A stretch of 61,936 nt of DNA, the filler included, from Actinomycetota bacterium (GTDB lineage: Bacteria; Actinomycetota; Actinomycetes; JAKEEW01): assembly GCA_046725875.1 (NCBI GenBank). It is 4 parts of 4 records of this genome, joined end to end, with 100 filler letters (N's around TTAATTAATTAA, not from the genome) between each part and the next. Parts side by side here need not be neighbours in the genome. Positions count along the whole stretch, not along the records: positions 17,793 to 42,912 come from JBKOZJ010000058.1; 3 more parts are not named here. The stretch is one strand, 5' to 3'. Below, piece by piece: positions 29,997-39,969 of this stretch; positions within the stretch are counted from its first letter, which is position 1; each line of letters opens with the position of its first letter. Made by a program: the position numbers and the translations under genes. Under the pieces are notes generated by a model. The model worked only from the letters and a program-made list of their open reading frames with translations, was not told the origin of the DNA and made no database searches.

Positions 29997-30695
29997 TCAG
30001 CCCGGCTCCCAAACCGACTGGTCGTGTGCGAAGAAGACCCGCCGTGGGTCGAGTTCGAGCAGTCGGTCGAGCCATGGGTAGTAGGACGGCAGCGGGCCCC
30101 TCGCTCCCTCCCGGCGAGCCCGAGCGGCGAGCGTGTCGGCCCCGAACTCGGTCGCTGTGTCGTGCGCCTGCCCCGCAAGGACGATGGTCCCGTCGGTGCA
30201 CCGGACCGCCAACGACTGATGGCCATGAGTGTGTCCAGATGTGCCGAATGCGAGCACGTCCGGAAGGACTTCCGTCTCGCCGTCGATCTCTTCGTACGTC
30301 ACACCGGCGAAGTCCACGAGCCAAGGCATCGTGTAGTCCTCGGTCGTTCTTGCCATGGCGAGCTCGGTCCGCTGCGTGAAGATCGGTCGGCCGGCAAACT
30401 CTGGATTGCCACCGCAATGGTCGAAGTGCAGATGGCAGTTGATGACCCAGCGCACCTGGTCGGTGCTGACCCCGACTGCGGACAGGGCCTCGGACAGCGG
30501 CCGCCGCGTCGGCCGATAATGTGCGTCAACGTCCGGGTGACCGGCCATCCCGGTATCGAACAGCAGGAACCCATTGGCCAGCCGTACGAGATAGCCGAGG
30601 ACCGGCTCGACCCGGGCCCGGCCGGTGTCAGTCTCCTCGGCCGGGCGGATGAAGTAGCCGAAGTCAACCCGCCGGACATCGTGAGGGGCCACCAC
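29997..30695 (-). CDS. MBL-fold hydrolase, N-acyl-homoserine lactonase-like
   Basis: LFDTG, HLHFDHCGGN (HxHxDH) and GHTHGHQS motifs. Confidence 0.88.
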   Translation of the reverse strand: MVAPHDVRRVDFGYFIRPAEETDTGRARVEPVLGYLVRLANGFLLFDTGMAGHPDVDAHYRPTRRPLSEALSAVGVSTDQVRWVINCHLHFDHCGGNPEFAGRPIFTQRTELAMARTTEDYTMPWLVDFAGVTYEEIDGETEVLPDVLAFGTSGHTHGHQSLAVRCTDGTIVLAGQAHDTATEFGADTLAARARREGARGPLPSYYPWLDRLLELDPRRVFFAHDQSVWEPG

Positions 30696-30789
30696 GCTTA
30701 CCGATCGAACCACGACCGCCAAGCGGACCCGCAACCGGGCAGCGTGACCAGGTCGACGCTCGGGATCGCGGCAGGCGACACTGGTGACG

Positions 30790-32022
30790 ATGGCACTGCA
30801 CATCACTGGCGTCACATACCAGCCCGCCTTGCTAGACCTGCCCTGGTCGACCCCACTGGAGGAGTGGCCGGAAGGGGCCCTGGTCATGCTTCCTCGCGGG
30901 CTGTCCCGACACGTTGTGCGATTTGTCCGCCTCGGCGACGAAGTGTACGCGATCAAGGAGCTGACGGAGCGCTTCGCGCAGCGCGAGTACCAGCTCCTGC
31001 GTAGCCTTGCCAAACTCGACGTGCCTGCGGTCGAGGCAACTGCGGTCGTGACCGGGCGGGTTGCGGAGGATGGCGGGCCGGTGGACCCGGCATTGATCAC
31101 CCGGCACCTGGAGTTCTCCTTGCCCTATCGGGCGTTGTTCTCCGGCACCCTCCGGCCAGACACCATGACGAGGCTGCTGGATGCGCTCGCGGTCCTGCTC
31201 GTGCGGCTTCACCTAACCGGGTTTTACTGGGGTGACTGCTCGCTGTCCAACACCCTCTTCCGGCGGGACGCGGGTGACTTCGCTGCCTATCTTGTCGACG
31301 CGGAGACCGGCGAAATGCATGCCCAGTTGAGCGACGGGCAGCGAAGCCACGACATCGAGATCGCGCGTACCAACATTGCGGGCGACCTTCTCGACCTCCA
31401 GGCAGGGGACCTGCTGGACGAGTCGATCGACCCGTTGGACACCGCGGACGATATCTGCCGCCGTTACCACGGGCTCTGGTCCGAGCTGACCGGGCCCGAG
31501 GTGCTCGACGTTGCGGAGCGACATCGCGTCGATGCAAGGATCCGGCGGCTGAACAAGCTCGGCTTCGACCTTGCCGAGCTACAGATACAGCACGACGCTG
31601 GCGACCCGCGGGCTGTGGTGTGGCCGAAGGTCGTCGAGGCCGGTTATCACCACCGCAAGTTGCTCGGGCTGACGGGACTCGATGTCGAGGAGAACCAGGC
31701 TCGCCGGCTGCTCAACGACATGGAGGCGTTCCGTGTCTACCTTGCGGACACCGCCGGGGAACGCGACGAGGAGATCGCTGCACACCGCTGGCTGCTGGAG
31801 TGCTTCCAGCCGACGGTGGTAGCGGTGCCGGCGGATCTGCGGCGAAAGCTCGAGCCGGCGCAGGTCTACCACGAGGTTCTGGATCACCGCTGGTACCTGT
31901 CCGAAGCAGCCGGCCGGGATGTCGGGCTGGAGGCGGCGACCCGGTCGTACGTCGACAATGTCCTCACCCGCAAGCCCGACGAAGAAGCAGTTCTCGTCCA
32001 GGCAGAGGGTGACCTCGGCTAA
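30790..32022 (+). CDS. DUF4032 / Kdo-kinase-like domain protein
   Basis: LPRGLSRHVVRF, WGDCSLSNTLFRRDAG, YLVDAET and HRWYLSE motifs. Confidence 0.85.
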   Translation: MALHITGVTYQPALLDLPWSTPLEEWPEGALVMLPRGLSRHVVRFVRLGDEVYAIKELTERFAQREYQLLRSLAKLDVPAVEATAVVTGRVAEDGGPVDPALITRHLEFSLPYRALFSGTLRPDTMTRLLDALAVLLVRLHLTGFYWGDCSLSNTLFRRDAGDFAAYLVDAETGEMHAQLSDGQRSHDIEIARTNIAGDLLDLQAGDLLDESIDPLDTADDICRRYHGLWSELTGPEVLDVAERHRVDARIRRLNKLGFDLAELQIQHDAGDPRAVVWPKVVEAGYHHRKLLGLTGLDVEENQARRLLNDMEAFRVYLADTAGERDEEIAAHRWLLECFQPTVVAVPADLRRKLEPAQVYHEVLDHRWYLSEAAGRDVGLEAATRSYVDNVLTRKPDEEAVLVQAEGDLG

Positions 32023-32225
32023 CCAACCGTCGCTTGTAATTCTCGCTGTATGCCGGTCGCAGAGCCTTACGCGCAGAAGCACTGCTTCATGCGCTATCTG
32101 GTCGTACAAAGGCCGTAAAACGGGCAGGATTCCGGCCACTTCGCGACTTAAGCCGGAACTCGGCGTACAAAGCGCGGGCGGGTGGATCCGCGCGCCAGCC
32201 GAGATGACTGTCCACAGATGGTCAG

Positions 32226-32849
32226 ATGTGGCTCCGCCTGCGCCGACCGGGTCTTACCGTCTATGCGGCGGCGCTGCCACCCGAACACCGAGCGAAGCCC
32301 GGATTGTTGCCAGCGACCAGCATTGCTCGGACGATCATCGACCTTGGGAGACGCGTTGCGCTTGTCGACGCCGTGACCGCCGCTGACGCTGCCCTGCAGG
32401 GGTGTCTGATCAGCAAGGGTGAGCTTCGCGAGGTGCTCGAGTTCCAGACGGGTTGGCCGGGCGCCGTCGGCGCGGAACGGGTGATCGAGCTCGCCGACGG
32501 TCGGGCGGAGTCACCGCTTGAGTCCCGCTCTCGGATGCGGCTTCTGGAGGCCGGCTTGCCACCTCCCGAGCTCCAGGTCGAGCTCGTCGACCACCAGGGC
32601 ATTTTTCTCGCCCGGCCGGACTTCTTCTGGCCAAAGCTCGGGGTGGTCGGTGAGGCGGACGGTCGCATCAAGTATTCAGACGGACGCGGCCGAACCCTAT
32701 GGGACGAGAAGCAACGGGAAGACCTGCTGCGGCAGCAGGGATACGAGGTCGTGCGCTGGACCTTCGAGGAAATCGAATACCAGCTCGATGACGTTGCTCG
32801 TCGCTTCTGGGTAGCCGTGGACCTCGCCGCTCGCCGGAAGGCGCGGTAG
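32226..32849 (+). pseudogene. AbiEi/DUF559-like endonuclease-fold protein, N-terminally truncated
   Basis: ARTIIDL, ADAAL, ADGRAESPLES, PELQ, PDF...GEADGRIKY and EKQRED...GYEVVRW motifs; N-terminal part is missing or garbled. Confidence 0.75.
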
Positions 32850-32926
32850 CTCCACGTTGTGAGCCAGCGGGCGCACGTCCATGTGCGCCTTCCCTAAGTG
32901 ATCTTAGGTGCACTAGCCTGTCGCCC

Positions 32927-33124
32927 ATGGAGCCACATGAGCAAAGACGTGTTCACGATGCAACCGCCGCCTATATCGCGTCGCTGGAGAAGGTGCGGCA
33001 GCTCGTTGCGCGGGAGCCGGTTTCGGCAGATGACCGTTCCGAGTGGGAGGCTCTTAGCGCCGAGGTTGAACAGGCCGAGCAGGAGTACAAGAGCGCACTG
33101 CGCGCTGCGCGGTTTGTGATCTAA
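32927..33124 (+). CDS. Small helical hypothetical protein (65 aa)
   Basis: ATG start, amphipathic composition, ends toward a strong hairpin. Confidence 0.55.
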   Translation: MEPHEQRRVHDATAAYIASLEKVRQLVAREPVSADDRSEWEALSAEVEQAEQEYKSALRAARFVI

Positions 33125-33195
33125 CTCCGGACTCGGGTGATGGTAATTCCGGCGCCTTAGGCGTGGTGGCTCCGTGACCGAAAGGCTGCTGAACA

Positions 33196-33238
33196 CGGCT
33201 TCCTGTGCCTTTGGCTCGTACAAAGGCACAGGAAGCCG
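33196..33238. terminator. Perfect 18-bp hairpin between convergent small ORFs
   Basis: CGGCTTCCTGTGCCTTTG-N7-CAAAGGCACAGGAAGCCG. Confidence 0.75.
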
Positions 33239-33299
33239 GGCAGCAGGTCCGGCGCGTTCACGTGTAGAACTTCGTCGACGCGCGTCAAGAGAGGCGTGC

Positions 33300-33512
33300 T
33301 CAAGAGCCCCCGCCGTGGAACGCGACGTATAGGACAGCGAGAAGGACGATGGCCGGTCCGACGAGACCCGCGACCGCCTTCGAACGCACCCGCCTGGCCG
33401 TCGCGATATTCGTCGCGAGGCGTCGCACCTCCGCCCATGCAGCGGCATTGCGTCGCCATTTGATGCCGAGCCAAATCCCCAAGGCGATGCCTGCGATCAA
33501 TGCGGCTTCCAT
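33300..33512 (-). CDS. Small two-TM membrane protein (70 aa)
   Basis: Purine-rich RBS (GGGGAA); two hydrophobic helices flanking a basic loop. Confidence 0.6.
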   Translation of the reverse strand: MEAALIAGIALGIWLGIKWRRNAAAWAEVRRLATNIATARRVRSKAVAGLVGPAIVLLAVLYVAFHGGGS

Positions 33513-33774
33513 GATTCCCCACGGCGAGTCGTCGCGCTGATCAGGAGACTAGCCTCGGCCTGGCGGTCATCGTGGGACGTTCGTGCCCACGCTTGGCAAT
33601 GTCGCTGTCCACGTACCGGCGAGCCACGGTTCGGCGCATCCTGCTGCTCGAATGGAATCCAAAACGATCTTGGGGGTGGGTCTGGTCGGGAATGTCGGTG
33701 AGTTGTTGGATATCGGTGGGCTGACCAAAGTCGCGTCCCCGATGCAAAGCCGTTCGTGGAGGAGGTCGACAGAC

Positions 33775-34335
33775 ATGCCGAAGGTCCTGATCTTGGCCGG
33801 AGACGCCGCCGAGTCGCTCGAGGTCATGTACCCCTACCAGCGGTTGCGCGAGGAGGGCTACCAGGTCGACCTTGCCGGCCCGTCCCGCAAGAAGCTGCAG
33901 TTCGTGGTGCACGACTTCGTCGATGGATTCGACACCTACACCGAGAAGCCTGGCTACAGTTGGTCCGCCGACCTCGCCTTCTCCGAGGTAAACCCGGAGG
34001 AGTACGTCGCGCTGGTGATCCCGGGCGGTCGCGCGCCCGAATACATCAGGAACGACCCGGACGTCCAGCGGATCATCCGGGCCTTCTTCGGTGAGGACAA
34101 ACCCGTCGCACAGCTCTGCCACGCGCCGCTCGCGCTCGCCGCGGCTGGTGTGCTGTCGGGTCGCCGGACCGCCGCCTACCCCGCGCTCGCTCCAGACGTC
34201 GCGGCCGCTGGTGGCGAGTTCGTTGACAGTGAGGCAGTCGTGGACGGCGTGATGGTCTCCGCCCGTGCCTGGCCCGATCACCCGGCCTGGATGCGGGAGT
34301 TCATCCAGGTGCTACGCGGCAAGGCGCCGGCCTGA
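33775..34335 (+). CDS. DJ-1/PfpI family protein
   Basis: GGAGGAGG RBS; ESLE, PGGRAPEY, CHAP and ARAWPD motifs. Confidence 0.93.
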   Translation: MPKVLILAGDAAESLEVMYPYQRLREEGYQVDLAGPSRKKLQFVVHDFVDGFDTYTEKPGYSWSADLAFSEVNPEEYVALVIPGGRAPEYIRNDPDVQRIIRAFFGEDKPVAQLCHAPLALAAAGVLSGRRTAAYPALAPDVAAAGGEFVDSEAVVDGVMVSARAWPDHPAWMREFIQVLRGKAPA

Positions 34336-34403
34336 GGCCGTCCCACCACACGCCTTCTCGTAGTCACCGGCAGTCCACCGGGGTGGGCAACCCGCGCCGG
34401 TGA

Positions 34404-35414
34404 CTACGAGACGCGAGCAGCGTCGGGGGGCCATTGGTGGAAGTAACCGCGGAGCCGATCCTCGGCCGACTGGTCCGCACCGAGAGCGTCTAGGCCCAGC
34501 AAGGCCGCTCCCACGATCGGAGGTACGTCCACCAGCACCGGCTGCGCCTTGGGCGCTTGCTGAGCGAAGCCGGCGAAGACCGCGTCGAGCAGCACGCGGT
34601 TGCCGGCGGTTAGGACGCCACCGCCCAGGACGATGACCGTCGGCTGGTCGATGAGTCCGAGACGGCGCAGCGCGACGGCTCCGAGCAGTGCGATCTCGTC
34701 GGCCATCTGGGTCAGCAGCCGATACGCCACCTCGTCCGCGGCATCCGCACATCGGAAGATCACCGGTACCAGCTCGCGCAAGCGCGAGCTGGCGAACTCC
34801 TTGAGATGAAACGCCGCGGACACGTCGGCAATGGAGGTGCGGCCGAAGTGGTCCGCGATTGCCAGCTGAAGCATGGTGTGCGGCCCGCGACCGTCCTCGC
34901 CTCGAGCCGCCCACCAGAGCGCCTGCTCGCCTAGGCCGTATCCGCCACCCCAGTCTCCGGATACTGTCCCCAGGGCGGGAAAGCCGGTGACTGTCCCATC
35001 CGGCGCCACGCCGACACAGTTGATGCCTGCACCGCAGACGACCGCCACCCCACGGCCATCGCGGGTGCCTGATCGCAGCAGGGCGAATGTGTCGTTGTGT
35101 ACGCGGGTCTGCAAGCCCCAGCCGTTCGCCGCGATGGCCAGTCGCAGGCGCTCCTCTTCGACGGGCAGATCGGCTCCGGCGAGGTAGGCCTCGACTCGCT
35201 CAGCAATCGGCTGACCATCCAGACCGATGGTGGCGTCGGCGCACGCCTTCTCCACGAGCGTCTGGAGAACGGCGAGGCTTGGCTCGAACCCGCTCGTTTG
35301 CGGCGACGATCCGGGACCGCGTGCCACGGCGAGTACCGACCCGTCGGCGGCGATCAGCGCGGCGTCTGTCTTGCTGTTTCCGCCGTCGATTGCCAGTACC
35401 GCGACCCTGGTCAT
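34404..35414 (-). CDS. csnK: BadF-type sugar (GlcN/GlcNAc) kinase, CsnK-like
   Basis: IDGGNSKT, NDTFA, CGAGIN and GDWGGG motifs; last gene of the ROK-ABC-GH4 operon. Confidence 0.8.
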   Translation of the reverse strand: MTRVAVLAIDGGNSKTDAALIAADGSVLAVARGPGSSPQTSGFEPSLAVLQTLVEKACADATIGLDGQPIAERVEAYLAGADLPVEEERLRLAIAANGWGLQTRVHNDTFALLRSGTRDGRGVAVVCGAGINCVGVAPDGTVTGFPALGTVSGDWGGGYGLGEQALWWAARGEDGRGPHTMLQLAIADHFGRTSIADVSAAFHLKEFASSRLRELVPVIFRCADAADEVAYRLLTQMADEIALLGAVALRRLGLIDQPTVIVLGGGVLTAGNRVLLDAVFAGFAQQAPKAQPVLVDVPPIVGAALLGLDALGADQSAEDRLRGYFHQWPPDAARVS

Positions 35415-36676
35415 GGGCTCCTCGTCCAGGGCAGGAAGTCCCGGTTGGCGGCCAGAAGCTTGTCGGTGAGCCGCTCGGCGATGTCGTACTGCCCGATCAG
35501 TGGATGGGCGAGCAGCGCCCCCGCGACGCGGTCGCGACCGCCCCGAATTGCGGCGGCGAGTGCGAGCTCCTCGTAGGCGGCCACATGTGCGACAAGGCCC
35601 GCATGGATCGGTTCCAGCGGGCGGACCGGCAGTGGACTTATGCCCTCGGCGTCTACGTTGGCCAGGACCTCGATCACGGCGGCATCGGGCAGGAACGGCA
35701 GCGTGCCCTGATTGCGGATGTCGACGATATGCGTGCCAGCGTTCCCCCCGAGCAGGGAGGCGGCGAGGCCGAGCGCCGCCTCGGAATAGTACGCGCCGCC
35801 GCGCTCGCCGAGCAGGTCCGGCTTCTCGGCAAGGGTTGGATCCGCGTACATGGCGAGCAGCTCTCGCTCGATCGCGGCGACTTGGTCCGCTCGGGACGGC
35901 GTTCGCCGCTGCTCCTCCACGACCGCGTCATGGAAGTAGAAGTAGTGCAGGTAGTAGGAGGGGACGACGCCGAGCCGCGTGATCAGCTCGGCAGGGAGTT
36001 GGACGCCCGCCGCGAGTTCCTCGATGTTCGATTTGAGCAGCTCGGGCAGGACGTCTGTGCCGTCGATCAGGACCTGTCGCTCCCAGGTGAGGTGGTTCAG
36101 CCCCACGTGGTCGAGACCGACGGCCGCGGGCTCCACACCGAGCAGGCCGGCCACGAACCGCTGGAAGCCGATGGCGACGTTGCACAACCCGACGGCGCGG
36201 TGGCCGGCGTCGAGCAGCGCCCGCGTGACAATCCCCACGGGGTTGGTGAAGTTGACGAGCCAGGCATCGGGCGCCGCCGCGGCGACCGTCGCAGCGATGT
36301 CCAGTACGACCGGGACCGTGCGGAGGGCCTTGGCCAGGCCGCCCGCGCCCGTCGTCTCCTGACCGACACAGCCGAATTCGAGCGGCAGCGACTCGTCGAG
36401 GGCGCGGGCCTGTTGCCCGCCGACGCGAATCTGCACGAGGACCGCGCTCGCACCTTCTGCTCCTGCGGCCAGGTCGGACGTGCAAACAACTCGGGCCGGG
36501 TGACCATGGTGGTCGAGGATTCGCCTGGCGAGGCCACCGACCGCGGCGAGCCGATCGGCGCTGGGATCGACCAGTACCAGCTCGTCCACCGTGGGAAGAC
36601 CAGGCTGGAGCCGGGCGATGCCGTCGACGAGCTCCGGCGTGTACGTGGACCCGCCACCGACGACGGTAAGTCTCAT
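35411..36676 (-). CDS. csnH: Family 4 glycoside hydrolase (6-phospho-beta-glucosidase-like), CsnH-like
   Basis: GGGSTYTPE, QETTGAGG, NFTNP, GLCN and GLNH motifs. Confidence 0.85.
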   Translation of the reverse strand: MRLTVVGGGSTYTPELVDGIARLQPGLPTVDELVLVDPSADRLAAVGGLARRILDHHGHPARVVCTSDLAAGAEGASAVLVQIRVGGQQARALDESLPLEFGCVGQETTGAGGLAKALRTVPVVLDIAATVAAAAPDAWLVNFTNPVGIVTRALLDAGHRAVGLCNVAIGFQRFVAGLLGVEPAAVGLDHVGLNHLTWERQVLIDGTDVLPELLKSNIEELAAGVQLPAELITRLGVVPSYYLHYFYFHDAVVEEQRRTPSRADQVAAIERELLAMYADPTLAEKPDLLGERGGAYYSEAALGLAASLLGGNAGTHIVDIRNQGTLPFLPDAAVIEVLANVDAEGISPLPVRPLEPIHAGLVAHVAAYEELALAAAIRGGRDRVAGALLAHPLIGQYDIAERLTDKLLAANRDFLPWTRSP

Positions 36677-36710
36677 CGAGCCACCCCGGTTCCCAGCACT
36701 CCCACCGGCT

Positions 36711-37589
36711 TCATCCCTTCACTCCGGTGAGCGTCACTCCACGGACAAAGGCCTTCTGGGCAAAGAAGAACAAGATGATGACCGGCACCATGACAAGGAG
36801 GGTGGCGGCCATGGTCAAGTTCCACTGGACCCGATGCAGGTCGCGGAAGCTCGCCAGGCCGAGCGCCAGCGTCCAGTTGTCTGCGTTCTCGCCGGTATAG
36901 ATCAGCGGCCCGAAGTAGTCATTCCAAGTCAGGAAGAACATGAACAGTCCGGCCGCGGCGATGCCGGGTTTCGCGAGCGGCAGGATGATCTGCAGCATGA
37001 CCCTCAGCTCCGAGCAGCCATCAGCGCGCGCCGCGTCGGCGTACTCCTCGGGGATGGTGAGCAGGAACTGCCGGATCAGGAAGATCGAGAATGCGTCGCC
37101 AAACAGGTTCGGCAGGATCAGCGGCCACAGCGTGCCGGTCAGGTCCCAGCGCGCCCAGAGAACATACAGCGGAACCACGGTGACCTGCGGCGGTAGCATC
37201 ATCATGACGAGGACGCCGAGAAAGGCAAGATTTCGGCCGCGCCACCGTAGCCGGGCAAGCGCATAGGCCGCCGGGATGCTCGACAGCAGCATGAAGCCGG
37301 TGGCCAGCACCGAGTACATCAGGCTGTTGGCGAGATAGCGCAGCATCGGGGCGTTGTCGAAGACCTTCCCGAAGTTGTCGAAGTGCCACGACTGCGGCCA
37401 CAGGTCTGGCGTAAGCGCCTGTTCGTTCGTCATCACCGAGGTGAGCACGATGAACACGAACGGCGCCAGGAAGGCGAGCGCCAGCGCGATCGCGAGAGCA
37501 TGCTCCCCGATGAAGGTGAGAGTCCTCCGCCGTCGGCCGGCTGCCCTGCGGGCAACCGGGCGCCGGATCGTCAAGCCTTGAACGGTCAT
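36711..37589 (-). CDS. csnG: Carbohydrate ABC permease, CsnG-like
   Basis: EAA-loop (DAARADG), WNDYFGP; ATGA coupling. Confidence 0.85.
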   Translation of the reverse strand: MTVQGLTIRRPVARRAAGRRRRTLTFIGEHALAIALALAFLAPFVFIVLTSVMTNEQALTPDLWPQSWHFDNFGKVFDNAPMLRYLANSLMYSVLATGFMLLSSIPAAYALARLRWRGRNLAFLGVLVMMMLPPQVTVVPLYVLWARWDLTGTLWPLILPNLFGDAFSIFLIRQFLLTIPEEYADAARADGCSELRVMLQIILPLAKPGIAAAGLFMFFLTWNDYFGPLIYTGENADNWTLALGLASFRDLHRVQWNLTMAATLLVMVPVIILFFFAQKAFVRGVTLTGVKG

Positions 37590-38599
37590 GCGCCCTCCGC
37601 CCCGTACAAGAAGACGCGTGAGCGTCGAAGCAGCACCGCGGTGAACGCCAGCGAGACGACGAACAGCAGCACTGCCATTGCGCATGCGTAGCCGAGCTGG
37701 AAGCTGGCGAAGCCTTTCTCGTACAGCCAGATCGGGAAGGTCAGCATCGAGTTGTCCGGGTAGCCGAGCCGACCGCCAAATCCCTCCCCAACCGGAGCAA
37801 CACCGCTTGCGACTGATGATGCGACGGCGGCTTGGGTGAAGAACTGCAGCATCTGGATCACGCCGGTGACCGCGGCGAAGAGCAGGACCGGCGAGATATT
37901 CGGCAGGGTCACATACCTGAACCGCTGCCACGCGTTGGCTCCGTCCAGATGCGCGGCCTCGTACTGCTCGGTCGGCACTTGCAGCAGCGACGCCAGAAAG
38001 ATCACCATGACGTCGCCCATCCCCCAGACGCAGAGGATCAGCAGGGTGGGTTTGGCTAGCGCCGGGTCCGAGAACCACAGCGGCTCCCAGCCGATGCCGA
38101 GCTTGCCAATGAACTGGTTGACCGGCCCAGTGGCCGGGTTGAACAGGTAGGTGAAGGCAAGCGTCGCCGCCACTGGCGGCGCCAGCGCGGGCAGGTAGAA
38201 GACGGTACGCAGGACGTTGCCGCCGCGCTTGATCAGGATGACCAGTTGGGCGATGAGCAGCGCAAAGAGGATCTTCGCGGGCACGACGAAGCAGGTCAGC
38301 CACAGTGTGTTGCGGACCGACTGAAGAGAGTACGGGTCCTGGGTGAAGAAGAAGCGGTAATTGCGCAGGCCGATGAAGACGGGCTGATCCAGCAGGTTGT
38401 ACCGGGTAAACGAGAACCACAGGGTGGCCCCGAGCGGATAGAGGAAGAAGACGCTGAACCCGATCGCCCACGGTGCCATCAGGGCAGCGACGAAGAGCCG
38501 ATGCCTGCGCCGCTTCTTCCGAAGCGGCGCAGGCACCTTTGCCCGGGCGGCGGGCGGGACGACTCGCTCGTCCGCGGCCGGCCGGACAAGCGTCGTCAC
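37586..38599 (-). CDS. csnF: Carbohydrate ABC permease, CsnF-like
   Basis: YEAAHLDGA, TLPNISP and GYACAMA motifs. Confidence 0.85.
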   Translation of the reverse strand: MTTLVRPAADERVVPPAARAKVPAPLRKKRRRHRLFVAALMAPWAIGFSVFFLYPLGATLWFSFTRYNLLDQPVFIGLRNYRFFFTQDPYSLQSVRNTLWLTCFVVPAKILFALLIAQLVILIKRGGNVLRTVFYLPALAPPVAATLAFTYLFNPATGPVNQFIGKLGIGWEPLWFSDPALAKPTLLILCVWGMGDVMVIFLASLLQVPTEQYEAAHLDGANAWQRFRYVTLPNISPVLLFAAVTGVIQMLQFFTQAAVASSVASGVAPVGEGFGGRLGYPDNSMLTFPIWLYEKGFASFQLGYACAMAVLLFVVSLAFTAVLLRRSRVFLYGAEGA

Positions 38600-39969
38600 G
38601 AACCCGTTCCCAGGTTGAGGCTGTCATCGATCTGCTTGGCGACGCTCTCGAGGCCGCCCTGCAGGTCTGTGGCTCGGCCGGTCTGCCACTTGACCAGCCA
38701 GGTACCAAACAGGTTCTGGTACTCGGCTCCGTTCTCCGTCGAGGGCGAGGTGGCGCTGTTCGGGTTGGCGAAGATGTCGAGGAACGTCTTGAAGTGGTCG
38801 TCGACCTGGAGGTCGGGCGACGCGAGTGCCGCGGTCGTCGTGGGCACGTTCTTGATCCCGTTAGACAGCTTGACGATCGCGCCGGTGTCCGTCGTCAGGT
38901 ACTTGATGAGCTCCCAAGCGGCCTCCGGGTTATCGGATCCGCGCGAGATTCCGACGATGTTGCCGGTGACGTAGCCACCGCCGTAGAGGTTCTGCTTGTC
39001 ATCGGCTGCCGGGAACGGTGCCGTCCCGTAGTCGAGATTCGGCTTGTCGGCGTCGATGAAGGCGATGCGCCACTCGCCGTCGAGCATCATGGCGACCCTG
39101 CCACGCTCGAAGTCGTTGGCGGCTGACCATTCGTCACCCTTGCCCGCGGAGAACTTTGTGAGCTTGTCCGCCCCGTAGTAGTCCACCAGCTGCTTCTGCC
39201 AGGTCAGCATCGCCTGCCATGCCGGATCGGTGGCGAGGGCGGACTTACCGCTTTGGTCGAACCAGGTCGCTCCCCAGTGCGGTGCCCAGTGGGCGGGGGA
39301 GTTCTCGTAGTAGTCGAGGTACGGCATGAAGCCGATCACGTCGATGTCGCCGTTCCCCTTGTGGGTCGTCAACTTCTTCGCCATTTCGGTGAGCTGCGAG
39401 AGCGTTCTTGGCGGCTCCGTGTACCCGGCGTCGGCGAGCAGCTTCTTGTTGTAGTAGAGGCCGTAGGTATCGGCGAGGACCGGCATCGAGCACCGGGTGC
39501 CCTTGTACTCCGTGTAGCTCCGGACCACGGGGGCCAGCTGGTTCATGTCGATCTTGTCCCGGTCGATGTAGGGCTTGAGGTCGCGCCACGCGCCGGTGGT
39601 GCAGAAATTGCCGACGATGTCCGTCGAGTAGGACAGTCCGACGTCCGGGCCCTTCCCAGCGGAGATCGCCTGGCGCATCTTTTCGTCGTCCTGGCCGCTG
39701 CTGACCTTGACGGTGACGCCGGCGTGGGCCGCCTCGAAGTCCTTCACAACGGCGTCGATGGCTTTCGCCTCCCGGCCGGTGAAGAAGTGCCAGAACTTGA
39801 CCTCGCCGGACGCACTTGCCGTCGGCGAAGCCAGCGGCTCGTCGCTCTTGTCCTCGGTAGCGGTACAGGCCGCCGTGAGCAAAGCGACTGCACCCAGCGC
39901 GAGTGTGAGCCGGCGCGGGATGGCTGCCGCTAGCTTGGCGGAACGCTCGGTCGATCGGGTCATGGTCAT
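38596..39969 (-). CDS. csnE: Sugar ABC substrate-binding lipoprotein, CsnE-like
   Basis: Lipobox TAAC, LYYNK, AMMLDGEW. Confidence 0.85.
   Translation of the reverse strand: MTMTRSTERSAKLAAAIPRRLTLALGAVALLTAACTATEDKSDEPLASPTASASGEVKFWHFFTGREAKAIDAVVKDFEAAHAGVTVKVSSGQDDEKMRQAISAGKGPDVGLSYSTDIVGNFCTTGAWRDLKPYIDRDKIDMNQLAPVVRSYTEYKGTRCSMPVLADTYGLYYNKKLLADAGYTEPPRTLSQLTEMAKKLTTHKGNGDIDVIGFMPYLDYYENSPAHWAPHWGATWFDQSGKSALATDPAWQAMLTWQKQLVDYYGADKLTKFSAGKGDEWSAANDFERGRVAMMLDGEWRIAFIDADKPNLDYGTAPFPAADDKQNLYGGGYVTGNIVGISRGSDNPEAAWELIKYLTTDTGAIVKLSNGIKNVPTTTAALASPDLQVDDHFKTFLDIFANPNSATSPSTENGAEYQNLFGTWLVKWQTGRATDLQGGLESVAKQIDDSLNLGTGS

Noticed and set aside
28760..30226. 488-aa ORF (and similarly extended 36711-38708, 58393-61119, 24571-25653, 43581-44309) as fusion proteins
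   Set aside because: The N-terminal extensions are non-protein-like read-through over other genes; RBS-supported internal starts explain the real proteins.
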